DNA from: Candidatus Rokuibacteriota bacterium
GTDB lineage: Bacteria; Methylomirabilota; Methylomirabilia; Rokubacteriales; CSP1-6
Length of the DNA: 64,000 nt
NCBI GenBank assembly: GCA_016209635.1
Contig: JACQWC010000013.1
Coordinates: 12,680-76,679, forward strand
Direction: 5' to 3'
Part shown: positions 27,585 through 37,805 of the stretch, piece by piece
Layout of the letters: each line of letters opens with the position of its first letter
How positions within the stretch are numbered: the first letter of the stretch is position 1
The notes under the pieces: model-generated
Seen by the model: only the letters and a program-made list of their open reading frames with translations
What the model was told of the DNA's origin: nothing
The model's database searches: none
Position numbers and translations under genes: made by a program

Positions 27585-28456
27585 GTCGCCGGCGATGGCC
27601 TCGTTCCGGTCTTGCGCGCCACGAAGAGCAGTCGGTAGGCCCACGATCGGGGAAGGACTGAGCGAAACACATCGTCGGCCGCCACGACCACCACGTCGCA
27701 CAACTCCGCGACTCTGCCCCAGCGATTGACACGATGTGCTGCCTTCCCGATCCACTGAAGGGGCTTCGGGACTCTCGGCGCCGAAGCGAAGTAGGTCCAC
27801 GGCGCATGGTCGAGAACCGGGAAGCGACTCATCAGCCGCCACTCCAGGATGTCGAATCCTGCCCCCGTCAGCAGCTCCGCCCAGGTGCGCTCGCGACGGA
27901 GCCCCAGGTGTCCTGGCACCTTAATGAATGCCTCCTGATACCCATCGGGGAAGAAGCGGCGCACCAGCGACAGCAACGGGTGGTCACACTCCAGGTCGCA
28001 GAGGCAGATAAGAACACCGTGCGGTCGCAGCACTCGCCTGAGCTCGTCGAAGGTGGCTACAGCGTGCTCGAACGGGAGGTGCTCAAGAACGAAACTCGAG
28101 ACTGCGGCGTCGAAGGTCTCCGCTCGAAACGGGAGCTGGGCGACGTCACCGGTGACGGCGCCCTGGTACGGCCCGCTGACGGCTCGGACGGTCTCGAAGT
28201 CGACGTCGAACCCGGTCGTATGGAAACGCGAGGGGAAGTACGACGTCCCTTGGCCGCATCCGAAGTCCAGGACTTCACTGCCCTCTCGCACGTTGGCCTC
28301 GATCGTGCACAGAAAGTGCCACGTCGAGAAGTACCGCGCGGCGAGCGCCAGGACGCCGTGTCCCCGAGTGATCCGCCCCGATCCCGCGACCGGCCGGTCA
28401 CTGTTCCCGCCCGCGCGTGGCCTGCCGATGTCCTGTTTCTCAGCAGCGCGCGTCAC
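27581..28456 (-). CDS. Class I SAM-dependent methyltransferase
   Basis: Motif I VLDFGCGQGTSYF and FDAAVSSFVLEHL. Start taken at GTG 28456 (GTGA overlap); the ORF track extends to 28582. Confidence 0.75.
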   Translation of the reverse strand: MTRAAEKQDIGRPRAGGNSDRPVAGSGRITRGHGVLALAARYFSTWHFLCTIEANVREGSEVLDFGCGQGTSYFPSRFHTTGFDVDFETVRAVSGPYQGAVTGDVAQLPFRAETFDAAVSSFVLEHLPFEHAVATFDELRRVLRPHGVLICLCDLECDHPLLSLVRRFFPDGYQEAFIKVPGHLGLRRERTWAELLTGAGFDILEWRLMSRFPVLDHAPWTYFASAPRVPKPLQWIGKAAHRVNRWGRVAELCDVVVVAADDVFRSVLPRSWAYRLLFVARKTGTRPSPAT

Positions 28457-29604
28457 TGAGTCCAACCGACTGCGTGGAGGAAGCGGTTCTCGAAGTGAGA
28501 GAAGAGATACCGATCTTCGAGCCGACTTCGACCGGCCCGGCCCATGGTCTGGGCCGCTTCCGGGTCCTTGAGCAGCCGGCAAAGCGCGTCAGCCAGGAGG
28601 CGGGGATCGTGAGGCTCCGCCAGGAGGAGCCCGGTCTTGCCGTCGACGATCACGTCGCGCGCCGCATCCAGGGTCCCGCCAATGCAGGGCTTGGACCACC
28701 GCATCGCCTCCAGGTACACGAGACCGAACCCTTCGCCCTTGCTCGGCATGGCGAAGACGGCGCAGCGCGCGTAGAGCGCATCTCGGACCTCGTCGCTCAC
28801 GAACCCGGGCAGGAAAACGTGTTGACCGATCCCCTCAGCGAGGGCAAGCGCCCTCAGCTCGTCGATCCAGTCCCCGCCACCTGCCAGCACCAGCTCAGCG
28901 GCCGGAAAGCGCTCGCGAACGAGCGGCAACGCCCGGATAAGGGCGTCCTGGCCCTTGTGACGCTGGTCGCGCCACAACCGCCCGACGCAGAGCACGATCT
29001 GCGATCCGAGTTCGCGCTGCTCGCCCGAGGCCGTCAGCAGGCTCAAGGGGATCCCCGGCGCGGCCACGTCCAGGGGGAGCTTGGGATCAAGGGCTAGCTC
29101 GCACACTGTAACCAGGAGCCCCGGAAAGCGGGCGTGCAACGCGGCGCGGGTGGTCGGCGATATCGCGAGCCGCCGCTCGGCACCGAACAGCGTGAGTCGC
29201 CGGCGCCACGAGAGAAGCCCCGACGACAGCTCTAGTCCGTTGCACGAGACACTGTATCGACACAGGCGGAGCCGGCTGAGGGGATAAAGGACACTAGCAA
29301 CTCCGACTTGGTCCGTGAAGATCAGGTCCCAGCGCCGTACGAGCACTTCACGCCAGGCCGCTCCTACAAACCCGCCCAGACGCTCGCCGAACGGTCGCCA
29401 GATCGTACGCGCGGGATCGACATAGAACGGATCGAGCGGTGTCAATGACGGCTCATTCAGGGCCAAGACCGTCACGCGAGTCCGTCCACCATCGAACTTC
29501 GTCAGAGCCTTCAGCACGAGCCGATTCAACGCCGCCACGCCTCCTCCCACACCGAAGGCGCCCGTGATGCAGCAGAGCACCCGCCTGTCCTGGCGCGGTG
29601 TCAT
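28453..29604 (-). CDS. Glycosyltransferase family 4
   Basis: Start at ATG 29604 (ATGA overlap). GT4 block MPSKGEGFGLVYLEAMRWSKPCIGG...VDGKTGLL. Confidence 0.85.
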   Translation of the reverse strand: MTPRQDRRVLCCITGAFGVGGGVAALNRLVLKALTKFDGGRTRVTVLALNEPSLTPLDPFYVDPARTIWRPFGERLGGFVGAAWREVLVRRWDLIFTDQVGVASVLYPLSRLRLCRYSVSCNGLELSSGLLSWRRRLTLFGAERRLAISPTTRAALHARFPGLLVTVCELALDPKLPLDVAAPGIPLSLLTASGEQRELGSQIVLCVGRLWRDQRHKGQDALIRALPLVRERFPAAELVLAGGGDWIDELRALALAEGIGQHVFLPGFVSDEVRDALYARCAVFAMPSKGEGFGLVYLEAMRWSKPCIGGTLDAARDVIVDGKTGLLLAEPHDPRLLADALCRLLKDPEAAQTMGRAGRSRLEDRYLFSHFENRFLHAVGWTQ

Positions 29605-31109
29605 CGACCGCGGCGGCTGCAGAGCCACAGCAGCGAGATCCAGATCGCCCAGTTCTTCACGTCGAGCACGAACATCTGCCAGAATGCCGAGGCGGTCAGG
29701 AACGCGACGGCGTACACCGGGAAACCCAGCTCCAGGCTCGACCGCCTGATAAGCCAGTCGTAGCGTGTCTGCAGATACATACCATGCAACAGGGAGAGAA
29801 TCAGGACTCCCCAGGGGCCGAAGTTAAGGTAGAACTCGCTCACGTAGTCGATGGCGATCCCACCCCGCTGGTCGGCTTCGAAGTACGTCTGGTAGGTGAA
29901 CAGGCCTGCCCGATAGGCCAATCCCTGGACGTACTGGAGCACATTGGGCTTGTCCGGGTCGAGTATCCGCGGCACGAGCCCGCTGACGACGACGCGAGCG
30001 CTCTCGCCGAGCAGATATGGATACGGGTCGGGCGCAATCCGCTGGTAACTGGCCACGTATGTCGCCGGGTACGTCGTCGATCGCACCAGCTCGATCAATC
30101 CCGCCAGCTTCGGCTCGTCCCCAGCGTTGAGGTCTTCCATGGTCCGCTGGATCGCCTCTTCGACTGGCACCAGGCCACCCATCCGATGATACTTATACAC
30201 GCTCAGCAAGGGGAACACGCCGAAGCTGAACACCAGGAAGCTCGCCAGAAACCCGACGAGCAGCTTCCGCGACGGCTTGCCCCTCACGCCGATCAAGCTC
30301 CACAAGTAATAGATCACGACGAACATCAGCACACTGCGAGCGCCGAGGAACAGCCCGACGCCGCAGTACACGACCACGACCGTACCCGCGACGAGACGCC
30401 AGGCGATCACATGCGTAGTACCGCGCAGGAGGCGCACAAACCCGCATACCATCAACACGAGCCCGAACGTGCCGACAATGTACACGGTCTGCTGGATCTC
30501 GCCTGGAGCCTGGTCGCTGTACGAATACAGGTAGGCGGCGACGGTCAACGGTACGATCAGGAGCGCCCGGAACGGGAATTTCCCTTCGTCCTCCACCCAG
30601 GCGAGCCTGGGTAGGCTGCGCGCGATCGGCAAAACGGGGACGCACAACCCCACGTACGTTCCCAGCGCTCCAATCATGATCAGCCAACTCGCCCTCGGGA
30701 TGCTCTCCTGCAGCTCGAACACTTCGCGCGGGTCCCAGGTCATGTAGTCGACGAAGAACTCGCCGTACAGGACGAACAGCATCCCGATCCCGTACTGCAG
30801 CACGAAGAGGTAAAGCATGTGGATGAATGACGGCGACAGCCATGGGTTCTCACCCGCTAGACGGCTCCTTCTGAAGCCAAGTGCCGTCAGCCACACAACG
30901 TTGATGACCGCGGCCCACGCCGCCACGGCCTTCGGCATACCGATGACGATCTCGGGGATCAGGAGAAGTAGCCCGGCCACCAAGACCGGCAGGATCACCG
31001 GACGCACAACATCTGTGTCTCGTCGTCGAGCCAGCGCCCCCACTCCGACCGCAACTCCCACGTTCGGTGTCCCCGTCTTCACGTTATCTCTCGGCCTTCT
31101 GCGTCTCAC
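29601..31109 (-). CDS. Polytopic membrane protein, putative repeat-unit polymerase (Wzy-like)
   Basis: 502 aa with more than 10 hydrophobic segments and no soluble domain. Its position among GTs next to a Wzx-type flippase suggests Wzy. There is no diagnostic motif, and the start (GTG 31109) is uncertain. Confidence 0.5.
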   Translation of the reverse strand: MRRRRPRDNVKTGTPNVGVAVGVGALARRRDTDVVRPVILPVLVAGLLLLIPEIVIGMPKAVAAWAAVINVVWLTALGFRRSRLAGENPWLSPSFIHMLYLFVLQYGIGMLFVLYGEFFVDYMTWDPREVFELQESIPRASWLIMIGALGTYVGLCVPVLPIARSLPRLAWVEDEGKFPFRALLIVPLTVAAYLYSYSDQAPGEIQQTVYIVGTFGLVLMVCGFVRLLRGTTHVIAWRLVAGTVVVVYCGVGLFLGARSVLMFVVIYYLWSLIGVRGKPSRKLLVGFLASFLVFSFGVFPLLSVYKYHRMGGLVPVEEAIQRTMEDLNAGDEPKLAGLIELVRSTTYPATYVASYQRIAPDPYPYLLGESARVVVSGLVPRILDPDKPNVLQYVQGLAYRAGLFTYQTYFEADQRGGIAIDYVSEFYLNFGPWGVLILSLLHGMYLQTRYDWLIRRSSLELGFPVYAVAFLTASAFWQMFVLDVKNWAIWISLLWLCSRRGR

Positions 31110-31235
31110 GCACGCTCATTGGTCTCGAATCCGTAGCCTCGGCACTAAGCTCCCAGAGAGCCATTGCTCACTATCTTGGCGGAGATCATGCGTTTCTCTA
31201 GCTTTTTTTGGGCCCCTCGGCGGCGATGTGCGCGA

Positions 31236-32390
31236 TCACACCACAGCCCGGCACCCCGCGAGCAGTCCCTCGATGAAGGCGTCGTAATTCCAGGCCTTGA
31301 TGAGCTCGGCCGAACGCGCGCCCATTGCTCTCCGCTTGGGCTCGTCTCTTATTAGCTCGCCGAGGCGCGTGGTGAGTGCGGCCACATCCCTCGCGGCGAC
31401 CACGTAGCCGTTCTCGCCATCCTGCACGAGGTCATACGAGGCGCCTACTTTGTCCGTGGCGATGATGGGCAGCCCGAAGTTCATCGCCTCGTTGATCACA
31501 AGCCCCCACGTTTCGTCCCAGGCCGACGGGAGCACTAGCATATCGGCCACCGCGTAGGCCAGCGGGATCTCAGTCTGATTCAGGAAGCCGCTGATTCGGA
31601 CATCCGGGATACCTGCTCCCTGTACCCGCCGCTCGATTTCCCCGCGCAACTCCCCCTCGCCAGCGAAAAGAAGAGAGCAGGATACGTCCTGCCGCACCCG
31701 CCAGTACGCCTCGAGGAGCGCGAGGGGCTGCTTCTTGGGAATCAACTTCCCGCAGAACAGAACCACGGCACCGACGAGCGGCAGGCCGAACCGTTCGCGT
31801 AGTTGATCTCCCTGGCCCCGGAGGGCTTCCGCGCGCGAGCGGAAGAAGTCGTTGTTCACGCAGTGCGGCGCAGGGAACAGACGGTCGCGACGGATCCCAT
31901 ACGACTCAAAAAACCTTCGATTGGCCTGTCCCACGTAGAGAGCGCCAGCGAGCCGAGGAAACAACGTTCCGTACAGACAACGCTTGAGCAGGCGCCTGGC
32001 CCACGGCTTGCGGTCCAGCAGATGCGAATCGCCGAAGAGAAGGACAGGCCGCTGCCGGCGCCAGGTGGCGGCGAACAATCGCCACGCCCAGAGATCAGTG
32101 CAACCGGACACCCAGATGACGTCGAACTGATGCCGATCTAGCACTCCGGGGATCTCCCGCAACGGATCCCGCAGAAACTCGTGCCGGTAGCCGTCGAGGA
32201 GCGAGATGTCCCACTTAAAGGCGACGCCGAAACCGGGGTCCCACCTCTCGCGTGCCCCCATCTGTGAGCAGAAGGCCACCCGGAGGTCCACCTCCGGCCG
32301 AGCGGCCAAGCGCTTGAACAGGGGGCCGTAATACTGGATCGGATGAGAGAAGAACGCACCAAGCCGGACCGTTCGCTCAGATCTGCTCAA
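31236..32390 (-). CDS. Glycosyltransferase family 4
   Basis: 384 aa. GT4 block LPSAWDETWGLVINEAMNFGLPIIATDKVGASYDLVQDGENGYVV. Confidence 0.85.
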   Translation of the reverse strand: MSRSERTVRLGAFFSHPIQYYGPLFKRLAARPEVDLRVAFCSQMGARERWDPGFGVAFKWDISLLDGYRHEFLRDPLREIPGVLDRHQFDVIWVSGCTDLWAWRLFAATWRRQRPVLLFGDSHLLDRKPWARRLLKRCLYGTLFPRLAGALYVGQANRRFFESYGIRRDRLFPAPHCVNNDFFRSRAEALRGQGDQLRERFGLPLVGAVVLFCGKLIPKKQPLALLEAYWRVRQDVSCSLLFAGEGELRGEIERRVQGAGIPDVRISGFLNQTEIPLAYAVADMLVLPSAWDETWGLVINEAMNFGLPIIATDKVGASYDLVQDGENGYVVAARDVAALTTRLGELIRDEPKRRAMGARSAELIKAWNYDAFIEGLLAGCRAVV

Positions 32391-33378
32391 GAATCTGCCG
32401 CACGCGATCCTGATGCGTGTACCCCGATGTCAGGCAGCGCTGATGCCCCGCGGTGGCGATCACCTCCCGCCGGTCGGCATGATCCAGGTAGAAGCGCACC
32501 TTGGCCAGCAGCCCGTCGCGACCTGCGAAGAACTCCGCCTCACGCCCCTCCACGTAGTAGCCGAGGTGGTCGGCGGTTCGCTCCCCCAGCAGGAACCGCC
32601 CGATGGCCGGGATCTCGAAAGTGCGCCCGGCGGACTGGTTCCGGTTCCACTTCGACAGGAAGCAGAGGCAGATCTTGGCGGCGGCCAGCGCCCTCACGTA
32701 CTCCTCCCCGTAGATCGCGGTCGTGGCCCGAAGCTGGCGATCGCGGGCCTGGTACCATCCTCCACCCCATACGTGCACCTGAAAGCCCGCGTCTCGGAGC
32801 AAAAGGATGTGGCCCTCCGTTGTGGGTTCCCAGTGGCCGATGAACGTGAGATCGGCGCCATACCGGGCACGGTCGTCCTTCCGAAGATCGACGGGCCGGT
32901 GCAGCCGTGGATCGTAGCCGAACTCTCCCCGCAAGACCTTCGGCGCTCCCAGCCGGTAGAGCAATGGAATGTTCAACTCGTTCGTCGTGACGTGCAGGTT
33001 GTAGTGCGGCACGCCCGCCCGGTAAAGCCGGTACCACCGTCGGTCGTGTTCGATGTCGTCCGAATGATAATGGAGCACAAATGCCCGTGTGTCCGCGCGG
33101 ACCGCGGCGAGTGTAGCCGGCTGCACGAACACGCCTGAGTCCACCCACACGACGTCTGGCCGCTCGCACTTGGCGGCGGCACGAATGGCTCGGTTATATG
33201 CAGAAATGTTCGGGCCCTTCAGCAGATGCAATTGTGCTTTCGCCAGCAAGCGCGGCCCGCGCCACAGGTATGGTAGCGCGTCCACGGCCGCCACGTCGTG
33301 ACCGAGCTCCCGCAGCGCGCGGAGGCGCGCTTCCGTCGTGGTCAAGGAGGCAAGACGGCCCGTATAAAGGATCCTCAT
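32377..33378 (-). CDS. CgeB-family / DUF3880-type glycosyltransferase-like protein
   Basis: Start at ATG 33378 (MRILYTG; ATGA overlap). The C-terminal block RTFEIPAIGRFLLGERT...EFFAGRDGLLAKVRFYLDH...IATAGHQR is typical of CgeB-like proteins. Confidence 0.7.
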   Translation of the reverse strand: MRILYTGRLASLTTTEARLRALRELGHDVAAVDALPYLWRGPRLLAKAQLHLLKGPNISAYNRAIRAAAKCERPDVVWVDSGVFVQPATLAAVRADTRAFVLHYHSDDIEHDRRWYRLYRAGVPHYNLHVTTNELNIPLLYRLGAPKVLRGEFGYDPRLHRPVDLRKDDRARYGADLTFIGHWEPTTEGHILLLRDAGFQVHVWGGGWYQARDRQLRATTAIYGEEYVRALAAAKICLCFLSKWNRNQSAGRTFEIPAIGRFLLGERTADHLGYYVEGREAEFFAGRDGLLAKVRFYLDHADRREVIATAGHQRCLTSGYTHQDRVRQILEQI

Positions 33379-34136
33379 CTTACGGCATCCCGCCGGGCAT
33401 ACACATCTACCACCAGCACATCCTTGAAATGGAATGTGCGCTGGCGATACTGAAGCCCGGCCGCTTCCAGTAGCGATTGGCACCGCGGATAATCAATAGA
33501 ACGCAGGTGAAATTCTCCGACGAGCACGTTCGTCCGCTCCAGAACACAGCGATACGCCGCGATCACTCCCTCCTCCGCCCCTTCCACGTCGATCTTCAGC
33601 AGATCGATTCGCCGACACTTCACGTGGGCTGCCAGGTCGACCACCGGAACCCGTCGTGTGGTCACGCGTCGCCGAGCGACCACCGCGCCCATCCCGTGCG
33701 CGTGGGGGGCATAGTAGAACTCCGCGACGCCCGAGCGCTGCAGGGAAACGACGCCCTGCACCACGCTGACTCGGGCGTCGAGCCCGTTTGCATCTATGTT
33801 CCGACGTAGCCTGCGAAGGTTTTCGGCCGCCGGCTCGATGCACAGAAACTGCGGCGTTGTCCCGGGCCGCCGTCCACGCACGTAGTGCTCGGCAAAAAGC
33901 ACGAATAGCCCGCGATTCGCGCCGAGGTCGACCACGAAGTCAAGTCGCTCAGCCAGATCGAGCGCTGGGGCGTAAGGCTGCGTAACGAAGAGCTCGCAGA
34001 ACATGTCGAGCGTCAGCCGTGAGTCAATTCCTACCTTGACCCCCGTGTCGGTTGTTAGCCAGACTGGACGGAGGCTGAGGGCATCGGGCGTCAGCCTCCG
34101 CATAAGGTTGGCGGCGCGCTCGATGACCGCCCTCAC
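33375..34136 (-). CDS. FkbM family methyltransferase
   Basis: FVVDLGANRGLFVLFAE motif and C-terminal IDLLKIDVEGAE. Start at GTG 34136 (GTGA overlap) or ATG 34103; the ORF-track extension to 34526 is rejected. Confidence 0.75.
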   Translation of the reverse strand: MRAVIERAANLMRRLTPDALSLRPVWLTTDTGVKVGIDSRLTLDMFCELFVTQPYAPALDLAERLDFVVDLGANRGLFVLFAEHYVRGRRPGTTPQFLCIEPAAENLRRLRRNIDANGLDARVSVVQGVVSLQRSGVAEFYYAPHAHGMGAVVARRRVTTRRVPVVDLAAHVKCRRIDLLKIDVEGAEEGVIAAYRCVLERTNVLVGEFHLRSIDYPRCQSLLEAAGLQYRQRTFHFKDVLVVDVYARRDAVR

Positions 34137-35662
34137 GGCAAGCCCGCCCGCACGCGTCGCGGCATTCCGCGGATCAACCGCCGCTCCTGCTCGTCCAGCG
34201 AGAACCGGTAAGTCGCGATCCCGTAGAAGCCGATCATGACGATGGGCACGCCGACGAGGCGCCACGCCGACGCGCCCAGAAAGGGTTCCGCACCTTCCAC
34301 GAGCACCAGCAGGACAGCTCCGATGATGAGTGGTGCCGCCACGCTTGTCAGCAGGAACGAGACGACAGGCCGCTCGAGCGCGCGAGATAAGAGCCAGGGT
34401 ACGACCAGCAAATTGCACACTACGTCGGCCAACACCGAGCCCAGCGCGACGCCTATCAGCCCGAACGAGCGAACCAGTGCCAGGGCCAGCCCGATGGAAA
34501 CGACCGAATTCACGAGCATCAACCACGCATAGGCGTGCTGCCGGTTAATGGCCAGGAGCGGGAGACCGCTCGCATTCCAGATGGCCATCAGGACGACCTG
34601 GATCAGGAAGAGATCGAGAACGCGTGGCTCGAACACCACCTGTCTCCCTGTCCATAGGCGGTAGAGATCAGGGCCGACGAAGCGGATCAGGAGGGCGGCC
34701 AGCACAGCCACCGACACGTTGGCTTTCACGAGCCACTGACTTAGGCGGACCAGCCGCTCGCGCTCCCCGCGCGCGTCGACGACGGTGATCTCGGGCCACA
34801 GCGCGGAGTTCACAATGCCGATCCCCTGGGGAACGACGTTCGCCACCGTACGGATGGTGACAAACTGAACCACTGCGACGGCCCCGAGGAAGGAGTTGAC
34901 GACGAGAACCATGCCTTGCAGATTCATGGCCGACGCGATGCCGAATAGCAGGAACAAGAGCGCCGGCCCGACGAGCCTAGCGCCGTGTCGCCAGCTACCA
35001 GCGGAGAGGTCCAAGCGCACCTCCGGCCGGAACCGCCGCAGATCACTCAGGATCAACACGATGCCAACCGTGTTCATGGCGACCCACCCCGCAGCCAGTG
35101 TCGCCACCGACGTCCACAGCCATACCACCGCCGCCGTCACCACGAACTGGACGAGCCGCAGGCCGTTGCCGATCATCTGCCCCCGCGCATAGGCTCCCGT
35201 CGCCCGGTAGAGGCCTCCGACGAGGCCCATCGGAATGGAGTTCAGCACGACGTTCATACCGAGCAACACGAGGCTCAGCCCCGCAACGTGCGGTGACGTC
35301 CGCTGGAGATTGAACAGGCGGCCCACGGGGGCCAGAGCGACAAACGCCGTCACGGCCGCGAGCCCGACGACGGCGACGGCGGCGAAGATCTCGATGGCGC
35401 TGTGCAGGTCACGATGCAGCTCGTCCAGCCGCCCTCGAGCGTAAGCCTGGCACATGCGGTTCACGACGTAGGTCTGCATCCCGAGGTCCAGGAGCGCGAG
35501 ATAGCCGATCGCCGCAGATAGCGCGAGCCACTCTCCGTAGAGCTGTCCTCCCCAGAAGGCGAGGAACACGGGCACTAGCAGTACGCTGTTGGCGAAAGTC
35601 AGTAGGTACCCAATCACGTTTGCGCCGACTCCGGCCGCGACCCGCTTCAGCAGACTGTCCAC
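34133..35662 (-). CDS. MOP-superfamily polysaccharide flippase (Wzx-like)
   Basis: About 12-14 hydrophobic helices with a typical Wzx length. The arginine-rich first ~60 codons of the ORF-track model (to 35845) have poor third-position GC, whereas another frame is coding-like there. Start therefore placed near GTG 35662 (uncertain). Confidence 0.75.
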   Translation of the reverse strand: MDSLLKRVAAGVGANVIGYLLTFANSVLLVPVFLAFWGGQLYGEWLALSAAIGYLALLDLGMQTYVVNRMCQAYARGRLDELHRDLHSAIEIFAAVAVVGLAAVTAFVALAPVGRLFNLQRTSPHVAGLSLVLLGMNVVLNSIPMGLVGGLYRATGAYARGQMIGNGLRLVQFVVTAAVVWLWTSVATLAAGWVAMNTVGIVLILSDLRRFRPEVRLDLSAGSWRHGARLVGPALLFLLFGIASAMNLQGMVLVVNSFLGAVAVVQFVTIRTVANVVPQGIGIVNSALWPEITVVDARGERERLVRLSQWLVKANVSVAVLAALLIRFVGPDLYRLWTGRQVVFEPRVLDLFLIQVVLMAIWNASGLPLLAINRQHAYAWLMLVNSVVSIGLALALVRSFGLIGVALGSVLADVVCNLLVVPWLLSRALERPVVSFLLTSVAAPLIIGAVLLVLVEGAEPFLGASAWRLVGVPIVMIGFYGIATYRFSLDEQERRLIRGMPRRVRAGLP

Positions 35663-36000
35663 TGAGTTTCCGGCGACACGTTCGCGAATTTCTCGCGGCT
35701 GATGGCCGACCCGTTGTTTAGCGTCCCCGCCTTGCGCGCCGTGACGACTAGCCCGTTGGGTCCCTCGCTCGTGCCGAAGCGGGCCCGCTCGATATACGGG
35801 AGGCCGAACCACCGCACGACGCGGCGCTTGAGGCGAACACCACACGATTCACCCGGCCGAAGATTTTCCGCCCGCTGAGCGACAAGCAGATGATGTTCAC
35901 CACCAAGTTGAGCGGATGGGGGAAGCACATGTACAGCTGTCTGAGCCCGCCCTGGGACCGCTGCTCGTCGATGAATCCGCTGTCCTCGGAACCATTTGGC
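35647..36000 (-). pseudogene. Coding-like remnant split over two reading frames (unknown family)
   Basis: In my hand counts over 20-codon stretches, third-position GC is 18/20 in one minus frame for 35650-35820 and 16-18/20 in a different minus frame for 35850-35995. No single ORF covers both stretches. The local GC dip is about 52 percent at 35881-35940. Confidence 0.3.
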
Positions 36001-36095
36001 TACCCAGATACCGCAGCTCGGATTACCTTCTGTCCTTGCTGGTGGTTTCTCCCGAGATGGCGAACTACCGACCGTCTGATGCCCTGTTGTCTCGT

Positions 36096-37343
36096 TCAAA
36101 CCTTCGAGCCCCGCACCAGCCGACGGGCGGCAATACGAGCTCGACCGTAGCCCACTGAACGCAACAAGTCCCCACCTAGCCGCTTCGGGGCCGGTGCCGG
36201 CTCATCGCTGATAGCGCGCTCGGCAATGCGCTCCCAATCATCCACTCCACGGTCATAACCACCGACCGTGTGGCCCCACTTTCTTCCAGCTTTCCCGAAA
36301 TCCGCCCGTAGTCGCTCGTTGCTGAGAAGTCGCACAATCGCGTCAGCCAGCGCTCGCGGGCTCGGCTCGTCTACAAGCCAGCCCGTCTCCCCATGCCTGA
36401 CAAACTCCTGGAGTGCGCCGCGCGCAGCTCCGACTACGGGCGCTCCCGCAGCCTGTGCCTCGACCGCGCTCCGGCAGTGTGTTTCAAACGAACCCGTCCA
36501 GTTGCAATTGACCACCACAACCGACGCCTGCCGGAGTTCTCCAAACACTTCCCGCACTGGCACAAGCCCGGCAAGCTCGATCCCTACCGCCGCCAGGTCT
36601 CGGCACGGGCCCACGACCGGATCTAGGTGGCGCACCTCGAGGTCTGCGTCCAATACCCTTGTCCACCCGCCCACGGCATTTGGGTCGTGAAGTTCGGCAG
36701 AGCCGACGACGCGAAGCCGCGCGCCCTGGTGTACCTTCCGCACGAGCGGCCAAGCATCGAGCACGTTGTGGAACCCTTTTGAGAAACGAGGGGCTCCCAC
36801 GAAGACAACCAAGTCGCCCGACCTTTCGATCTCTGGCACCTTCTCAAGAAGGTCCAGGTCAATCCCACACCGCACGATCTCAAGGCGGTCAAAGTTCGGA
36901 TATGGACGGAAGAATTCGCGGTGATAGTGACTCACGCAGGCAATTCTATGGAGGTGCACGCCATCAATTGACAGCAACCAGCCGGCAGCGAATGGGTTCC
37001 CGGCCCACATCAACTTCGCCCTGGCTGCCGGAATGTCAAGCGCGATTAGCTGACGCGCTCTCTCGCAATAGTTGAAGACGAACAGATGCACTCGCCCGAG
37101 CCCGCCGAGCACCTCCGGGATCTCCTCAGGCACATTGACCTTGAGACCCTGCACGCCGTCGACGCTCGAGCCGTCGTAGTGATTTAGCAAGAACACCCCG
37201 TGTCCTCTCGCAGCAAGCCAAAACAGCATCCGAAATCTCGCGGAACCACCTCCCACCGCCAAGTCTCCACGCTGAAGCTCTGCCAGAGAGAACCGCTTGC
37301 CGTAGTCTTCCAGGTAGAAGGCAAAGCGGAGCGGCAGCGGCAT
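36096..37343 (-). CDS. Glycosyltransferase family 4
   Basis: 415 aa. GT-B layout with C-terminal FETHCRSAVEAQAAGAPVVGAARGALQEFVRHGETGWLV. Confidence 0.85.
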   Translation of the reverse strand: MPLPLRFAFYLEDYGKRFSLAELQRGDLAVGGGSARFRMLFWLAARGHGVFLLNHYDGSSVDGVQGLKVNVPEEIPEVLGGLGRVHLFVFNYCERARQLIALDIPAARAKLMWAGNPFAAGWLLSIDGVHLHRIACVSHYHREFFRPYPNFDRLEIVRCGIDLDLLEKVPEIERSGDLVVFVGAPRFSKGFHNVLDAWPLVRKVHQGARLRVVGSAELHDPNAVGGWTRVLDADLEVRHLDPVVGPCRDLAAVGIELAGLVPVREVFGELRQASVVVVNCNWTGSFETHCRSAVEAQAAGAPVVGAARGALQEFVRHGETGWLVDEPSPRALADAIVRLLSNERLRADFGKAGRKWGHTVGGYDRGVDDWERIAERAISDEPAPAPKRLGGDLLRSVGYGRARIAARRLVRGSKV

Positions 37344-37805
37344 ACTTTACTGCACCTCTCTCAATAAGCGCCGGATCGTGAGTGCATCCACGCACCAGAG
37401 GGTGTAGAGAAGCGCTTCCGGAATCGCCGTCCCTCGCAGAGCCCACTTCCGCCACGGAACGGGGGAACACTGGGAAGCTTGCCCGTGAGCCCGCTTGGCT
37501 CTTCGGAAGTAAGGAACGTCATCAGTTTCGTAACCAATTCTCGTGCGCTCCCGCCTTCACGAGTCTTGCGGAGGCGTTCAATAATCCGGAATCCCTGTCC
37601 TGCTCGCTCGCCAGCAAGCACGATGTCACCCAGTAGAGAAGTATTCACCGTCCCAGGAGCCACTGCGTTAACGTCGATTCACGACCCTCCTGGCCTCCCA
37701 GCCCCAGCTTTCCAGCCAGCAAGATCGCGAGCGAGAAGTCGCGCCGTCCAACTCTTCGAGGTAGCAAGCTATAAACCACGCCACCCGTCCGATACGTCCG
37801 TTACT

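Noticed and set aside
31110-31235. T7 run (about 31204-31210) considered as a terminator between the GT4 and polymerase-like genes
   Set aside because: The run is on the non-transcribed (plus) strand for this operon and is not preceded by a GC hairpin on either strand.
35890-36150. 86-aa plus-strand ORF in the GC-poor pocket
   Set aside because: It shares triplet phase with a minus-strand frame, and position-specific GC (first above second position) fits the minus strand better. The sequence is Cys/Trp/Pro-rich and unconvincing.
37361-37663. 100-aa minus-strand ORF (and the 84-aa plus-strand ORF 37382-37636) in the large gap
   Set aside because: Weak codon-position GC bias, no motifs and no convincing start context. 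Left unannotated.
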